From: a bacterium | Lineage (GTDB): Archaea > Thermoplasmatota > E2 > JACPAO01 > JAHFTW01 | Reading direction: 5' to 3' | Length of the DNA: 64,000 bases | Assembly (NCBI GenBank): GCA_040390065.1 | Contig: JAZJZE010000005.1 | Span: forward strand, 245,170-309,169 | The notes under the pieces: model-generated | What the model saw: the letters and a program-made list of their open reading frames with translations, nothing else | What the model was told of the DNA's origin: nothing | Databases searched by the model: none | Shown: positions 47,869 to 56,669 of the stretch, piece after piece | Layout: each line of letters begins with the position of its first letter | How positions within the stretch are numbered: the first letter of the stretch is position 1 | Position numbers and translations under genes: made by a program

Positions 47869-49022
47869 GCCTGCGGGTCACGACGACGACGCAGGCGGAG
47901 GCGGACAAGGCGGCCGCGGCGATGCAGGTCGAGCCAGCGGCCTTGAAGGTCATCGACTACAACGTCGTCAACAAGGACCTGAACGCCGAGGCGCGCGCCC
48001 TGCGTTCCCGCATCGCCATGCGTTGGGACCCCGGCGACCTCACCGAGTACACGAAGTGTTGGTCCGAGGAGGACATCCTGGACAACCGGCCGTGCAAGGC
48101 GTTCGTCGTGATTCTGAAGACCCGGGGCTGCACCTGGGCCCTGGCCGGGGGCTGCACGATGTGCGGCTACGCCAACGATTCCGCGTGGACGAAGGTCAGC
48201 GAGGAGCAGCTCGTCGCGCAGTTCAAGCGAGCATGGACGCGCTACGCTGGCGAGGAGCTCGTCAAGATCTACACCTCCGGCTCCTTCCTCGACCGCTTCG
48301 AGGTCATGCCCGGCGCGCAGAAGGCCATCCTCTCCACCATCGGCAAGGCCGCGAAGAAAGTCGCATTCGAGTCGCTGCCGAACTTCGTCCAGGACGACAC
48401 GTTCGCCCAACTCGACGGCATCTGCGAAAAACTGGAAGTCGGCATCGGCGTCGAGTCGTCCAACTTCCGTGTCCTCAAGGATTCCGTCAACAAGGGGCAC
48501 GACTTCGAGGCGTTCCCGCGCGCCGCCGCCGTCTGCAAGCGCCACGGCGTCTCGGTCAAGGCGTACCTCATGTGCAAGCCGCCGTTCCTGAAGGAATCCG
48601 ACGCGCTTGCGGACTCCACGGCAACCATCATCGCGGCGGCGCCGTACAGCCAGATGGTCAGCCTCAACCCCACGAACGTGCAGGGCAACACCATCGTCGA
48701 CGCGCTCTACAAGAAGGGCTCGTACCGACCGCCGTGGCTGTGGACCATCGTCAAGTCACTGCTTGACGGACGCACCGTCGCCGAAGCCGCCGGATTCGCG
48801 GGCATGCTCAAGTCCGATGTCATCGCTGCCGGCCAGGACCGCGGCGCCCACAACTGCGGCAAGTGCGACGAGGACGTCGCCGGCTACCTGAAGAAGTACA
48901 AGGCGACGCAGGACAAGCGATTCTTGCAACAGTGCCTCGACAGCGTGCAGTGCTCCTGCCGCACGGAGTGGCAGTTGACGCTGGAGTTGGGGCCGCTCAT
49001 TCCGGCGTACGCCAAGTTGTGA
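47865..49022 (+). CDS. Archaeosine biosynthesis radical SAM protein RaSEA
   Basis: TRGC.W...GCTMCGY, TSGSFLD, YRPPWLW, RGAHNCG.CD; coupled to arcS. Confidence 0.92.
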   Translation: MSLRVTTTTQAEADKAAAAMQVEPAALKVIDYNVVNKDLNAEARALRSRIAMRWDPGDLTEYTKCWSEEDILDNRPCKAFVVILKTRGCTWALAGGCTMCGYANDSAWTKVSEEQLVAQFKRAWTRYAGEELVKIYTSGSFLDRFEVMPGAQKAILSTIGKAAKKVAFESLPNFVQDDTFAQLDGICEKLEVGIGVESSNFRVLKDSVNKGHDFEAFPRAAAVCKRHGVSVKAYLMCKPPFLKESDALADSTATIIAAAPYSQMVSLNPTNVQGNTIVDALYKKGSYRPPWLWTIVKSLLDGRTVAEAAGFAGMLKSDVIAAGQDRGAHNCGKCDEDVAGYLKKYKATQDKRFLQQCLDSVQCSCRTEWQLTLELGPLIPAYAKL

Positions 49023-49073
49023 TTTCCCCAACCATCGCCATACCTCCTTGAACGAAGGAGTGTTGACACGGCC

Positions 49074-49487
49074 GTGAAGCCAGCACTCCTTGCGGCGGTC
49101 GTGACGTGTCTGCTTGTCCCGGGCTGCAGCGGGAACTCCCGGCTAGATCCTGACCTGCGATGCGCTGGCCACGAGATTCCTGGCGTGGACCAGGTCGTGG
49201 TCGAGATTCAGACGAGTCTTGACCGGCGCGTGGACATGTACGGCCAGAGCATCTTCAACGGGCGCCTACGCACCGACCAGGAGAAGACCCAGTCGGGACG
49301 CGAGCTTGCATTTTCACCCGACGCTTGCGCTGCGCTTGCCGTCCCTGACCATGGCCACTACACCGTCGAGGCCGATACGGGCGGTTACGAGATGTGCTTC
49401 TGGATGGGGGAGCAGGGCTTCGCCTTCAACGGCGGCACGCAGTACGTCGTGCTACAACTGAACCACACAATCATGTGCCACGGTTGA
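49074..49487 (+). CDS. Putative lipoprotein
   Basis: LLVPGC lipobox-like motif. Confidence 0.6.
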   Translation: MKPALLAAVVTCLLVPGCSGNSRLDPDLRCAGHEIPGVDQVVVEIQTSLDRRVDMYGQSIFNGRLRTDQEKTQSGRELAFSPDACAALAVPDHGHYTVEADTGGYEMCFWMGEQGFAFNGGTQYVVLQLNHTIMCHG

Positions 49488-49609
49488 CTGAGGCGACCCC
49501 GCGACGGCCAACAACTGTCCGAATTCACTCGCCGCACCATGGACTCCAAGGCAGCCCCCGCTTTCCCTCGTCCGAGGTGTTAAGAATCAACACATCACAT
49601 GCAAGCACC

Positions 49610-49816
49610 ATGGACTTCCTGGTCGTCTTGGAGAAGGACGAGGACAGCGGCGATTTCGTCGCGGACGTCCCCGAACTCCCGGGATGCCACACCCAAGGAC
49701 GGAACAAGAAGGAAGCCCTGGCCAACATCCGTGAGGCCATCGAATTGTACCTGGAAGTCAAGGGCGCGCCAACGCGGCGCGAGGTCACCATCGAACACGT
49801 GACCGTCGAAGCCTAG
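49610..49816 (+). CDS. hicB: HicB family antitoxin (short form)
   Basis: VPELPGCHTQG....EAL.NI.EAI.LYLE. Confidence 0.92.
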   Translation: MDFLVVLEKDEDSGDFVADVPELPGCHTQGRNKKEALANIREAIELYLEVKGAPTRREVTIEHVTVEA

Positions 49817-49817
49817 G

Positions 49818-50042
49818 ATGCCCATGGTCCCCAAGATTCCTGCGTTGCCCTACCGCAAGGTCCACCGCATCCTCCACCGGGCAGGATTCCGCCCGATTCG
49901 CCAACGGGGAAGCCACATCTTCTACGAGCATCCGGACGGCCGGTCGACCGAAGTTCCGCGCCATGCGCGCGACATCAACGCAAGCCTCGTCAAGAAGATC
50001 CTGGAGGACGCGAAACTGGATCCCGCCGCGTTCCGCCGCTGA
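49818..50042 (+). CDS. hicA: HicA family toxin
   Basis: GF...RQRGSH...HPDGR...VP.H. Confidence 0.92.
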   Translation: MPMVPKIPALPYRKVHRILHRAGFRPIRQRGSHIFYEHPDGRSTEVPRHARDINASLVKKILEDAKLDPAAFRR

Positions 50043-50054
50043 CAAGTCGCGAAA

Positions 50055-50423
50055 TCAATCAATCGTGATCCCCACGAACGGCTCGTTGCCGATGACCCAA
50101 ACCTCGTGGCCAGGCGGGATGACCTGTGCCTGTCCGGGCTCCAGCACCATCTCCGCGCCATCGCGCATCTGCACGCCAAGCCGGCCAGACACTTGGTAGG
50201 AGAAGTGCGTTCCCGGACAGCGGTCGACGCCCATGATAGGACCCATGTCCTTGCTCCACCGGAACCCCGGCAGGAACGTGAACCGCGTGAAGGTCTTGCC
50301 CTGCAAGCGCGTGATCTCGACCTTGCAGTGCGGGGCGTTCTTCGTCTCGTCAGGCTTGTCCATGGCCCGGGCTTCCAATCGGAGCGCCGTGGCCGTCCCT
50401 GCGGTTGCCTTGGGCGTTGTCAT
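50055..50423 (-). CDS. Cupin domain protein
   Basis: PGFRWS, C...H..Y.VSG, IPPGH.VWV.G.EP. Confidence 0.85.
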   Translation of the reverse strand: MTTPKATAGTATALRLEARAMDKPDETKNAPHCKVEITRLQGKTFTRFTFLPGFRWSKDMGPIMGVDRCPGTHFSYQVSGRLGVQMRDGAEMVLEPGQAQVIPPGHEVWVIGNEPFVGITID

Positions 50424-50482
50424 GCAGTCCCTCGCCACAGGATGGATTTCCAGCGTATCAAGGCTCGCCCGCGGAGCCGTCA

Positions 50483-51601
50483 TCACGACGGGTGGTCCCG
50501 CCGCGCGGCGTCCCCGTAGATCTCCAGCAACTCCGCCGTGATGCGGTCCCAGTTGAACAAGTCGAGCCGGGCCGCACTCGCCTTCGACATCTTGCCGCGC
50601 AAGGCGACGTCGGCTGCGACCTTGCCGACCTCGCGCGCCCAATCCTTCGGGTCATGCCCGAGAAGCGGCCCTGCATCCCCGACGGCTTCGGGGATGCCGC
50701 CGACGTCGGAGCAGACGAGCGGTGCACCGGCGGCCATCGCTTCGAGCAGGCTGAACGGGAACGACTCGAACCGGGCAGGATGGACGTAGACATCAGCGGC
50801 CTTCAGCAGCCGCACCTTCTCCTCTTCGCTGACCCAACCCGGGAACTTGACGCGGTGCGCGATCCCCAAACGTTGAGCCCGCTTCTTCCAAGCCTCGAGC
50901 ATCGGGCCGCGACCGACGAGGACGAGGTCGAAGGGCTCGGGGACGTCACGCCAGGCATCGATCAAGACGTCGAATCCCTTGAGGGCCACGAGGCGGCCCA
51001 CGGCGACGGCAAACGGATGCGGCAGGCTGGTCGCAGGCCGGCCTTCGATGCGCTTGATCTCGTCGAGTTCGACGGCGTTGTAGTTGAGGCGCAGCGGTTC
51101 GGCAGGAAAGCCATGTTGCACGAGGTCGCGGCGCACACGATCGCTGACGCAAACGACGCGGCGAGCGGCGCGCAGGGTCCGCATGTACATGCGGTCGTTG
51201 ACTTTGCTCGCCAAGCCAAGGATCCCTTTCCCTTCGCCGTAGGTGTTGTGATACGTGATGACGCCCGGACATGAAATCTCCCGGAACGCCTTGTTCCAAC
51301 TCGGCGACCAGCGGAAGTGGAAGTCCACGACGTCCGGAGCCAAGGCGTTGACGTACGCGGCGACTCCTTTCGTGCGTACCGGCGGCGGGTTGTAGAAGCG
51401 CTGCAGGGGGAAGGAGGACGGCAGCCGATGGACCGTGACGGCGCCTTCCTTTTCGATGCCGGCGGCCGTGCCTTCGAGCTGGGCGGTGACGATGTGCACG
51501 TCGTGGCCTTGCGCGGCCAGCCGCTGCGTGATGCTGCGGATGCGTCGCTCGATGCCGCCAGCGAAAGGAAAGTAGAAGGGGTTGAGGTGGACGATTCTCA
51601 T
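50483..51601 (-). CDS. Glycosyltransferase family 4
   Basis: GGIE, GRL...KG, ESFPFSLLEAMAAG, SDVGG. Confidence 0.93.
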   Translation of the reverse strand: MRIVHLNPFYFPFAGGIERRIRSITQRLAAQGHDVHIVTAQLEGTAAGIEKEGAVTVHRLPSSFPLQRFYNPPPVRTKGVAAYVNALAPDVVDFHFRWSPSWNKAFREISCPGVITYHNTYGEGKGILGLASKVNDRMYMRTLRAARRVVCVSDRVRRDLVQHGFPAEPLRLNYNAVELDEIKRIEGRPATSLPHPFAVAVGRLVALKGFDVLIDAWRDVPEPFDLVLVGRGPMLEAWKKRAQRLGIAHRVKFPGWVSEEEKVRLLKAADVYVHPARFESFPFSLLEAMAAGAPLVCSDVGGIPEAVGDAGPLLGHDPKDWAREVGKVAADVALRGKMSKASAARLDLFNWDRITAELLEIYGDAARRDHPS

Positions 51602-51839
51602 GGCAACCCCCAAGCACTGTGTGGGGCCGGAGGCTTGGAAAGCCGCAGGCCCCACCCGTGTTGATCGACCTGACTGCAGGTCGCAGGGAAGTAGAAGGGG
51701 TTGAGGTGGACGATTCTCATGGCAACCCCCAAGCACTGTGTGGGGCCGGAGGCTTGGAAAGCCGCAGGCCCCACCCGTATTGATCGACCTGACTGCAGGT
51801 CGCAGGGAAGTAGAAGGGGTTGAGGTGGACGATGCGCAA
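51566..51839. repeat. 119-bp tandem unit x2 plus 36 bp: GT4 start codons 1-12 (x3) interleaved with an 83-bp hairpin element (x2)
   Basis: Start copies 51566-51601, 51685-51720, 51804-51839; elements 51602-51684 and 51721-51803 differ by one base. Confidence 0.92.
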
Positions 51840-51946
51840 GGCCAACGACCGGCCCACGGGCCGCTCCCTCAAGACCCTGGCGCCTCCCTGGGGCTACATA
51901 AGGGTTAGGCGGCACTCTCAAGCCTTTTGGAGGGGAATCCTGGGGC

Positions 51947-52201
51947 ATGCCGGGGCGAAGCAAGTGCGCAACATGTGGGCGCCCGTTTGCCCGTCCGGAC
52001 CGCATCTGCCGGACATGCGAGCCAGGGCATGAGGCTCCCGCCGTGCACATCCCGGAGCCGCCGCCGCAGTACCATAGCCCGCCTGCCGGTATCTTCCGGG
52101 CCTCTTGGCCGCCGATCTTCGTGGCCGTCTTGGTGTTGACCTTGCTCGTTGCGATGTCTACGCTGGTCCTGGCCGTCGCCGTGGGCGCGGCGGGGCCGTG
52201 A
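51947..52201 (+). CDS. Small Zn-ribbon membrane protein
   Basis: CATCG...CRTC plus C-terminal TM. Confidence 0.6.
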   Translation: MPGRSKCATCGRPFARPDRICRTCEPGHEAPAVHIPEPPPQYHSPPAGIFRASWPPIFVAVLVLTLLVAMSTLVLAVAVGAAGP

Positions 52202-52241
52202 CAGGGAGAAGCCTGAAGCCGGGGTCGCCGTCGCCGCAGCC

Positions 52242-53483
52242 ATGCCCCTCCCCCCGCAGGCGCAGGGCCTGTGCGACCGATGCCTTGGTCGTCGGCTGAT
52301 TGGCGCGGCAGGGGAGGCACCGCAGCGGGCGTCCGGTGCGGCGGCCCGCACGGCCGAAGGCTGGACCGAGGTGGCCGAGGCCTCCTGCTCAGTATGCGAG
52401 GGAGCGTTTGCCGATGCGCCGCAATGGCTCGCCGCGGCGCTGGAAGCCTCCAAGCCGTACGAGTTCACCACGTTCCAGGCCGGGACCAAGTTTCCCGGAG
52501 GATGCGAGGCACTCGAGAAGGCGCTATCCGCGGCGATTGGGCAGGACAAGGTCGGCGAGACCATCCGCACGGAGGCCAATCGGCTGCTTGGCGCGGGATT
52601 CTCGGCCGCGACCGGTGCCAAGCCCGTCGCCGAAGGCGGCCGCCCGGACCTCGTCCTCACGGTCGACACGCGGTTCTGGTCTTGCGACGCGCAGGCCGGG
52701 CCCGTCTTCGTGCGTGGTCGGTACAACAAGCTCCGCCGCGACATCCCGCAGACGCATTGGCCGTGCCGGCGCTGCCAAGGAACGGGCTGCTGGCAATGCA
52801 ACGATACGGGTGTCACGTATGCCGAGTCGGTCGAGGACGCCATCGGTGATCCGACGCAGCCGCTGTTCGGTGCCACCTCCTTCAGTTTCCACGGCGCCGG
52901 CAGGGAGGACATCGATGCCCTGATGCTTGGCACCGGCCGACCTTTCATCCTCGAACTTGCGGACCCGAAGCGCCGCGCCGCCGACCTGCGTGAGATGGAG
53001 AACCGCATCAACGCCGAGACCGCGACGTCGGGCACGCGCGTGCAAGACCTGCGCATGGCGAACCGGGAGGAGGTCGTCGCCATCAAGGAAGGCGAGTACA
53101 ACAAGGAGTACCTGGCGCATTGCCTCGCCGAAGCGCCGTTGACCAGGACACAGGTCGAAGCACTCTGCCAGCAACTCACGGGCACGATTCTCGAGCAGCG
53201 CACCCCGGAACGCGTCAGCCACCGCCGCGCCGACCTCGTGCGCCGCCGCACGGTCCACCACGTCGTCGTCGAGGCCATGCCAGCGGACCCGGGCGTCCGC
53301 TTCTCGCTGCGCGTGCTTGCCGAGTCGGGCACGTACATCAAGGAAATGGTCAACGGCGACGAAGGCCGCACGGTGCCGTCGTTTTCGTCCCTGGCCGGGG
53401 TCCCCGTCAAGGTCGAGTTCCTAGACGTCATGGCGATCCTCGACGACGTGGCGCCCACCGGGGCTCCCGCTGACGCCGGCTAA
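52242..53483 (+). CDS. pus10: tRNA pseudouridine(54/55) synthase Pus10
   Basis: GRYNK..R.IPQT.W, FHGAGREDID, QRTP.RV.HRR, GTYIKE. Confidence 0.96.
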   Translation: MPLPPQAQGLCDRCLGRRLIGAAGEAPQRASGAAARTAEGWTEVAEASCSVCEGAFADAPQWLAAALEASKPYEFTTFQAGTKFPGGCEALEKALSAAIGQDKVGETIRTEANRLLGAGFSAATGAKPVAEGGRPDLVLTVDTRFWSCDAQAGPVFVRGRYNKLRRDIPQTHWPCRRCQGTGCWQCNDTGVTYAESVEDAIGDPTQPLFGATSFSFHGAGREDIDALMLGTGRPFILELADPKRRAADLREMENRINAETATSGTRVQDLRMANREEVVAIKEGEYNKEYLAHCLAEAPLTRTQVEALCQQLTGTILEQRTPERVSHRRADLVRRRTVHHVVVEAMPADPGVRFSLRVLAESGTYIKEMVNGDEGRTVPSFSSLAGVPVKVEFLDVMAILDDVAPTGAPADAG

Positions 53484-53487
53484 ACGG

Positions 53488-53494
53488 TTATAAA
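53488..53494 (+). promoter_or_regulatory. TATA box upstream of rpl21e
   Basis: TTATAAA in GC-rich context ~75 bp upstream of the ATG. Confidence 0.55.
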
Positions 53495-53566
53495 CCTGGA
53501 CCGGTCCCGTGAGTCCACCGAGTGCGGTGCCCTACATGGGGTGCCGTGCCAATCCAAGGTTTGACC

Positions 53567-53869
53567 ATGCCCGTCCGCTCCAAGGGACTCCGCAGCAAGA
53601 CCCGCCACCTGCTCCTCAAGGACCCGCGCAAGCGCGGTGTTCTGCCCCCCAACCGCGTCCTGCGGCAGTTCGCCATCGGCTCGACGGTCGCCGTCAAGAT
53701 GGAGCCGTCGCAGCACAGCGGCATGACGCACAAGCGCTTCCAGGGCCTGACCGGCACCGTGCGCGCCAAGCAAGGCGAAGCCTTCGTCATCGACGTCATG
53801 CACGGCAACATGGCCAAGACGCTCGTCGTTCGCGCCGAGCACCTCATCCCGATCCAGTCCCAGAAGTAA
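53567..53869 (+). CDS. rpl21e: 50S ribosomal protein L21e
   Basis: SKG.RSKTR, H.RFQG.TG.V, EHL; conserved pus10-rpl21e-rpo4 order. Confidence 0.96.
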   Translation: MPVRSKGLRSKTRHLLLKDPRKRGVLPPNRVLRQFAIGSTVAVKMEPSQHSGMTHKRFQGLTGTVRAKQGEAFVIDVMHGNMAKTLVVRAEHLIPIQSQK

Positions 53870-53882
53870 GGAGGCCCTCACC

Positions 53883-54248
53883 ATGTCCGACGCCGACGTC
53901 ATCCTTGAAGAGACCGTGGAGGAAGGCCGCCTCGTCAGCCTCGGCGAAGTGAAGGCGATGCTGGAGAAGGCCCAGGTCGACCGCGACGAACTGACTTACG
54001 AGCAGAAGATCGCCCTCGAGCACGCCAAGCGCTTCGCCCGCATCGACGGGAAGACCGCGAAGACGCTGGCGGCCGACGTCGGCAAGGCCCTGCCCGGCCT
54101 CGAGGAGAAGTTCTGCATCCGCGTCGCCGACCTTCTGCCGCAGCACCCCGACGACGTGCGCGCCATCCTGCAGAAGTCGCGCCACGACCTGACCGACGAC
54201 GAGATCGCCAAGATCATCGCCATCGTGGACCAGCACTACACTGCGTAA
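53883..54248 (+). CDS. rpo4: RNA polymerase subunit Rpo4 (F)
   Basis: LTYEQ..ALEH...F, ADLLP...DDVRAI; synteny. Confidence 0.93.
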   Translation: MSDADVILEETVEEGRLVSLGEVKAMLEKAQVDRDELTYEQKIALEHAKRFARIDGKTAKTLAADVGKALPGLEEKFCIRVADLLPQHPDDVRAILQKSRHDLTDDEIAKIIAIVDQHYTA

Positions 54249-54265
54249 GCCCAGGAGGCCAACCC

Positions 54266-54853
54266 ATGGAAGACTACGTCCACATCCTTGACTACTTGCC
54301 CCAAGGCCGCCCCGACTCGCCGCCCAGCCGGCGCGAGCCGACGCTGCTTGGCCTCGGCGAGCAGCAGTTCACGCTCTTCGAGCTCGTGCCCAAGTCGGGC
54401 GCGCAGTTCACCATCGGCGACCGCGCCTACGTCGGCAAGGACGTCGACCAGCGCACCCTGGTCCAGAAGATCCGGGGCCGCATCCAATACCACGAGTTGA
54501 CACCTGCCGCGCACGGCGAGCTGCCGTACGTCATCGAGGACGTCGTCAAGACGGACCCGGCGCGCTTCCTGAAGTTCTTCAACGACGCGCCATCGATCTC
54601 CGTGCGCTACCACGCCCTGGAACTCCTGCCTGGCATCGGCAAGAAATCCGTCGAGCACCTCGTCACCGAGCGCAAGAAGCCCTTCGAGTCGTTCGAGGAC
54701 CTCGAGGCGCGCGGCAAGGTCGCCCATCCGATGAAGGTCGTGATTGGCCGCATCCTGCACGAACTGCAGGACCCCACTGAAAAGTATCACATCTTCGTGC
54801 GCCCTCCCGCTCAGGAGAGGGAAGAGTGGCGTGGTCCCCGCAGGGGACCGTAG
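54266..54853 (+). CDS. DUF655 domain RNA-binding-like protein
   Basis: E.Y..ILDYLP.G, FFN.A..I..R.H.LELLPGIG, F.SFED; synteny. Confidence 0.93.
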   Translation: MEDYVHILDYLPQGRPDSPPSRREPTLLGLGEQQFTLFELVPKSGAQFTIGDRAYVGKDVDQRTLVQKIRGRIQYHELTPAAHGELPYVIEDVVKTDPARFLKFFNDAPSISVRYHALELLPGIGKKSVEHLVTERKKPFESFEDLEARGKVAHPMKVVIGRILHELQDPTEKYHIFVRPPAQEREEWRGPRRGP

Positions 54854-55036
54854 CGCCCTCGACCCCGATTCCTCGGGAGGGCGCATCGGGCTACGGCCCG
54901 CAAGGGCCGTAGCGCAGGTCAGCCCTCCTGCTCAGGAGAGGGAAGAATGGCGCGGGCCGCGGCGCGGCCCGTAGCGCGCCCTCTGCGCGAATTGTCGGCG
55001 GACGCATCGGGCTACGACCCGCAGGAGACCGTAACG
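54801..55036 (+). repeat. 121-bp degenerate tandem duplication of the DUF655 3' end plus hairpins (~60-bp sub-period)
   Basis: PPAQEREEWRGPRRGP* at 54801-54853 and 54922-54974; hairpin+CCGTA(G/A)CG with GTA at 54850, 54909, 54971, 55031. Confidence 0.88.
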
Positions 55037-55263
55037 CCCGTGGGATAAAGGCCGAGCCGGGGGTCCGGTCGGTGTGAGTGTTGAGCCTTGCCGCACTTGG
55101 GCAAGCGGCCCCCGGACTCGACCATCCCGCCAGTGGGCCTCACGGTATTTCACTCGTATGGGCCGATTGTTGCAACGTCCAGGCGCTCTATTTCACCCAT
55201 GTGGGCCAATCGTTTCGTGGCGGCGGGGGGCCGGTTGAAATCCCGGCAGGCGGTGGGCACGGC

Positions 55264-56067
55264 GTGGGCCAGCGGCTCGGCCAGCACTTCCTTCGCGACG
55301 ACCGCGTGCTGGAGGACATCGTCGCAGCAGCCCAACTCAAGCCGGGCCAGCGTATCCTCGAGATTGGGCCAGGCCCTGGCAACCTGACGGCCCGACTTGC
55401 TGCGGCGGCCGGATCAAGCGGCGAGGTCGTCGCCATCGAGGCCGACCGGGAACTCGCCACGGCCCTGGAAGGCAAGTGGCCCAACGTCCACGTCGTGGCG
55501 GGCGATGCCGTGCGCGAGGACCTTGCCGCGCTGGGCCGGTTCCACCGCATCGTCGCCAACTTGCCGTACCTCATCTCCGGACCGATCACGATTGCGTTTC
55601 TCGAGTTGCTGGCCAAGCCCGCCACGCGCTGGGACCTCGCCGTCCTCATGTATCAGCGGGAATTCGCCGAGCGCCTGCTTGCCCACCCGAGCTCGCACGA
55701 CTACGGCCGGCTGACGGTGCAGGCCGCGCGTTGGTGCCGCGTCACGCCAGTGCGGGACGTTGCGCCGGGTGCATTCAATCCGCCGCCGCGCGTCGACTCC
55801 ATGGTCGTCGCACTGCAGCCACACGCAACGCCGCCGTTTGCCGTCGACGACGAACGCGTCTGGCAAGCCGTGCTCGACGGCACGTTCCAGCGCCGCCGCA
55901 AGCAACTGCGCAACAGTCTGCCCGCCGCCGTCGGGGGAATCGGTATCCCGCAGGACCACACGCTTGCGACCCTCGACAATCTCGGTTGGACGACGCGTCG
56001 GCCGGAGAACCTGTCGCCGCGCGAATTCGCCGAACTGGGAAACGCCCTGGGACGTGCCGCGAGATGA
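55264..56067 (+). CDS. rsmA: 16S rRNA m6,2A dimethyltransferase
   Basis: LGQHFL, LEIGPGPG.LT, ANLPY.IS, Q.EFA.RL, F.PPP.VDS. Confidence 0.96.
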   Translation: MGQRLGQHFLRDDRVLEDIVAAAQLKPGQRILEIGPGPGNLTARLAAAAGSSGEVVAIEADRELATALEGKWPNVHVVAGDAVREDLAALGRFHRIVANLPYLISGPITIAFLELLAKPATRWDLAVLMYQREFAERLLAHPSSHDYGRLTVQAARWCRVTPVRDVAPGAFNPPPRVDSMVVALQPHATPPFAVDDERVWQAVLDGTFQRRRKQLRNSLPAAVGGIGIPQDHTLATLDNLGWTTRRPENLSPREFAELGNALGRAAR

Positions 56068-56669
56068 ACTGGAAAGGACCGGACGGCCACGCCTACTTCG
56101 TGGCCACGCATCCCGACGTGTACGTGCCCAGCGACGACACGTTCCTTCTGGCGAAGGCCGTGGCCCAGGAAGTCGTGCCAGGCCAACGTTTTGTCGAGGT
56201 CGGCTGCGGCGCCGGCCTGGTCAGTCTCGTTGCGGCCCACGCCGGAGCGGCGGTCACTGCCACGGACCTGAATCCGCACGCCATCGCGACGGCGCGGCAC
56301 AACGCCCGCGAAAACCACCTCGGCATGGATGTCGTGCAGGCCGACCTGTTGGCCGGCCTGTCCGGGCCGTTCGACGTGGTGGCCTTCAATCCGCCGTACC
56401 TGCCGACGGCCCCCGACGAGGTCGTGCCCGGCCCGCTCAACCTGGCCTTCGACGGCGGCAAAGACGGAAACGGCACCGTGCTGCGCTTCGCCCAGCAGCT
56501 CAGCCGCCTCGCGCATCGCCCCCGCACGGTCCTCGTCGTGCACAGCTCCCTTTCAGATCCAGGCCCGCTTGCCGCGGCGATGGCTGCGCTCGGCTACACC
56601 TGCGACGTGGTGCTCGAGGAGAACCACTTCTTCGAACGGCTTGCCGTGCGGCGCTTCCGTCAGGGTTGA
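56064..56669 (+). CDS. HemK2/MTQ2-like protein methyltransferase
   Basis: VY.PSDDTFLL, EVGCGAG, FNPPYLP, GG.DG. Confidence 0.92.
   Translation: MNWKGPDGHAYFVATHPDVYVPSDDTFLLAKAVAQEVVPGQRFVEVGCGAGLVSLVAAHAGAAVTATDLNPHAIATARHNARENHLGMDVVQADLLAGLSGPFDVVAFNPPYLPTAPDEVVPGPLNLAFDGGKDGNGTVLRFAQQLSRLAHRPRTVLVVHSSLSDPGPLAAAMAALGYTCDVVLEENHFFERLAVRRFRQG

Noticed and set aside
51566-51839. CRISPR array (three 36-bp repeats)
   Set aside because: The intervening sequences are 83 bp and near-identical to each other, the repeats are the coding start of a gene, and no cas genes are present.
53520-53550. Structured leader upstream of rpl21e
   Set aside because: Only one G-U-rich stem; cannot be supported without comparative data.
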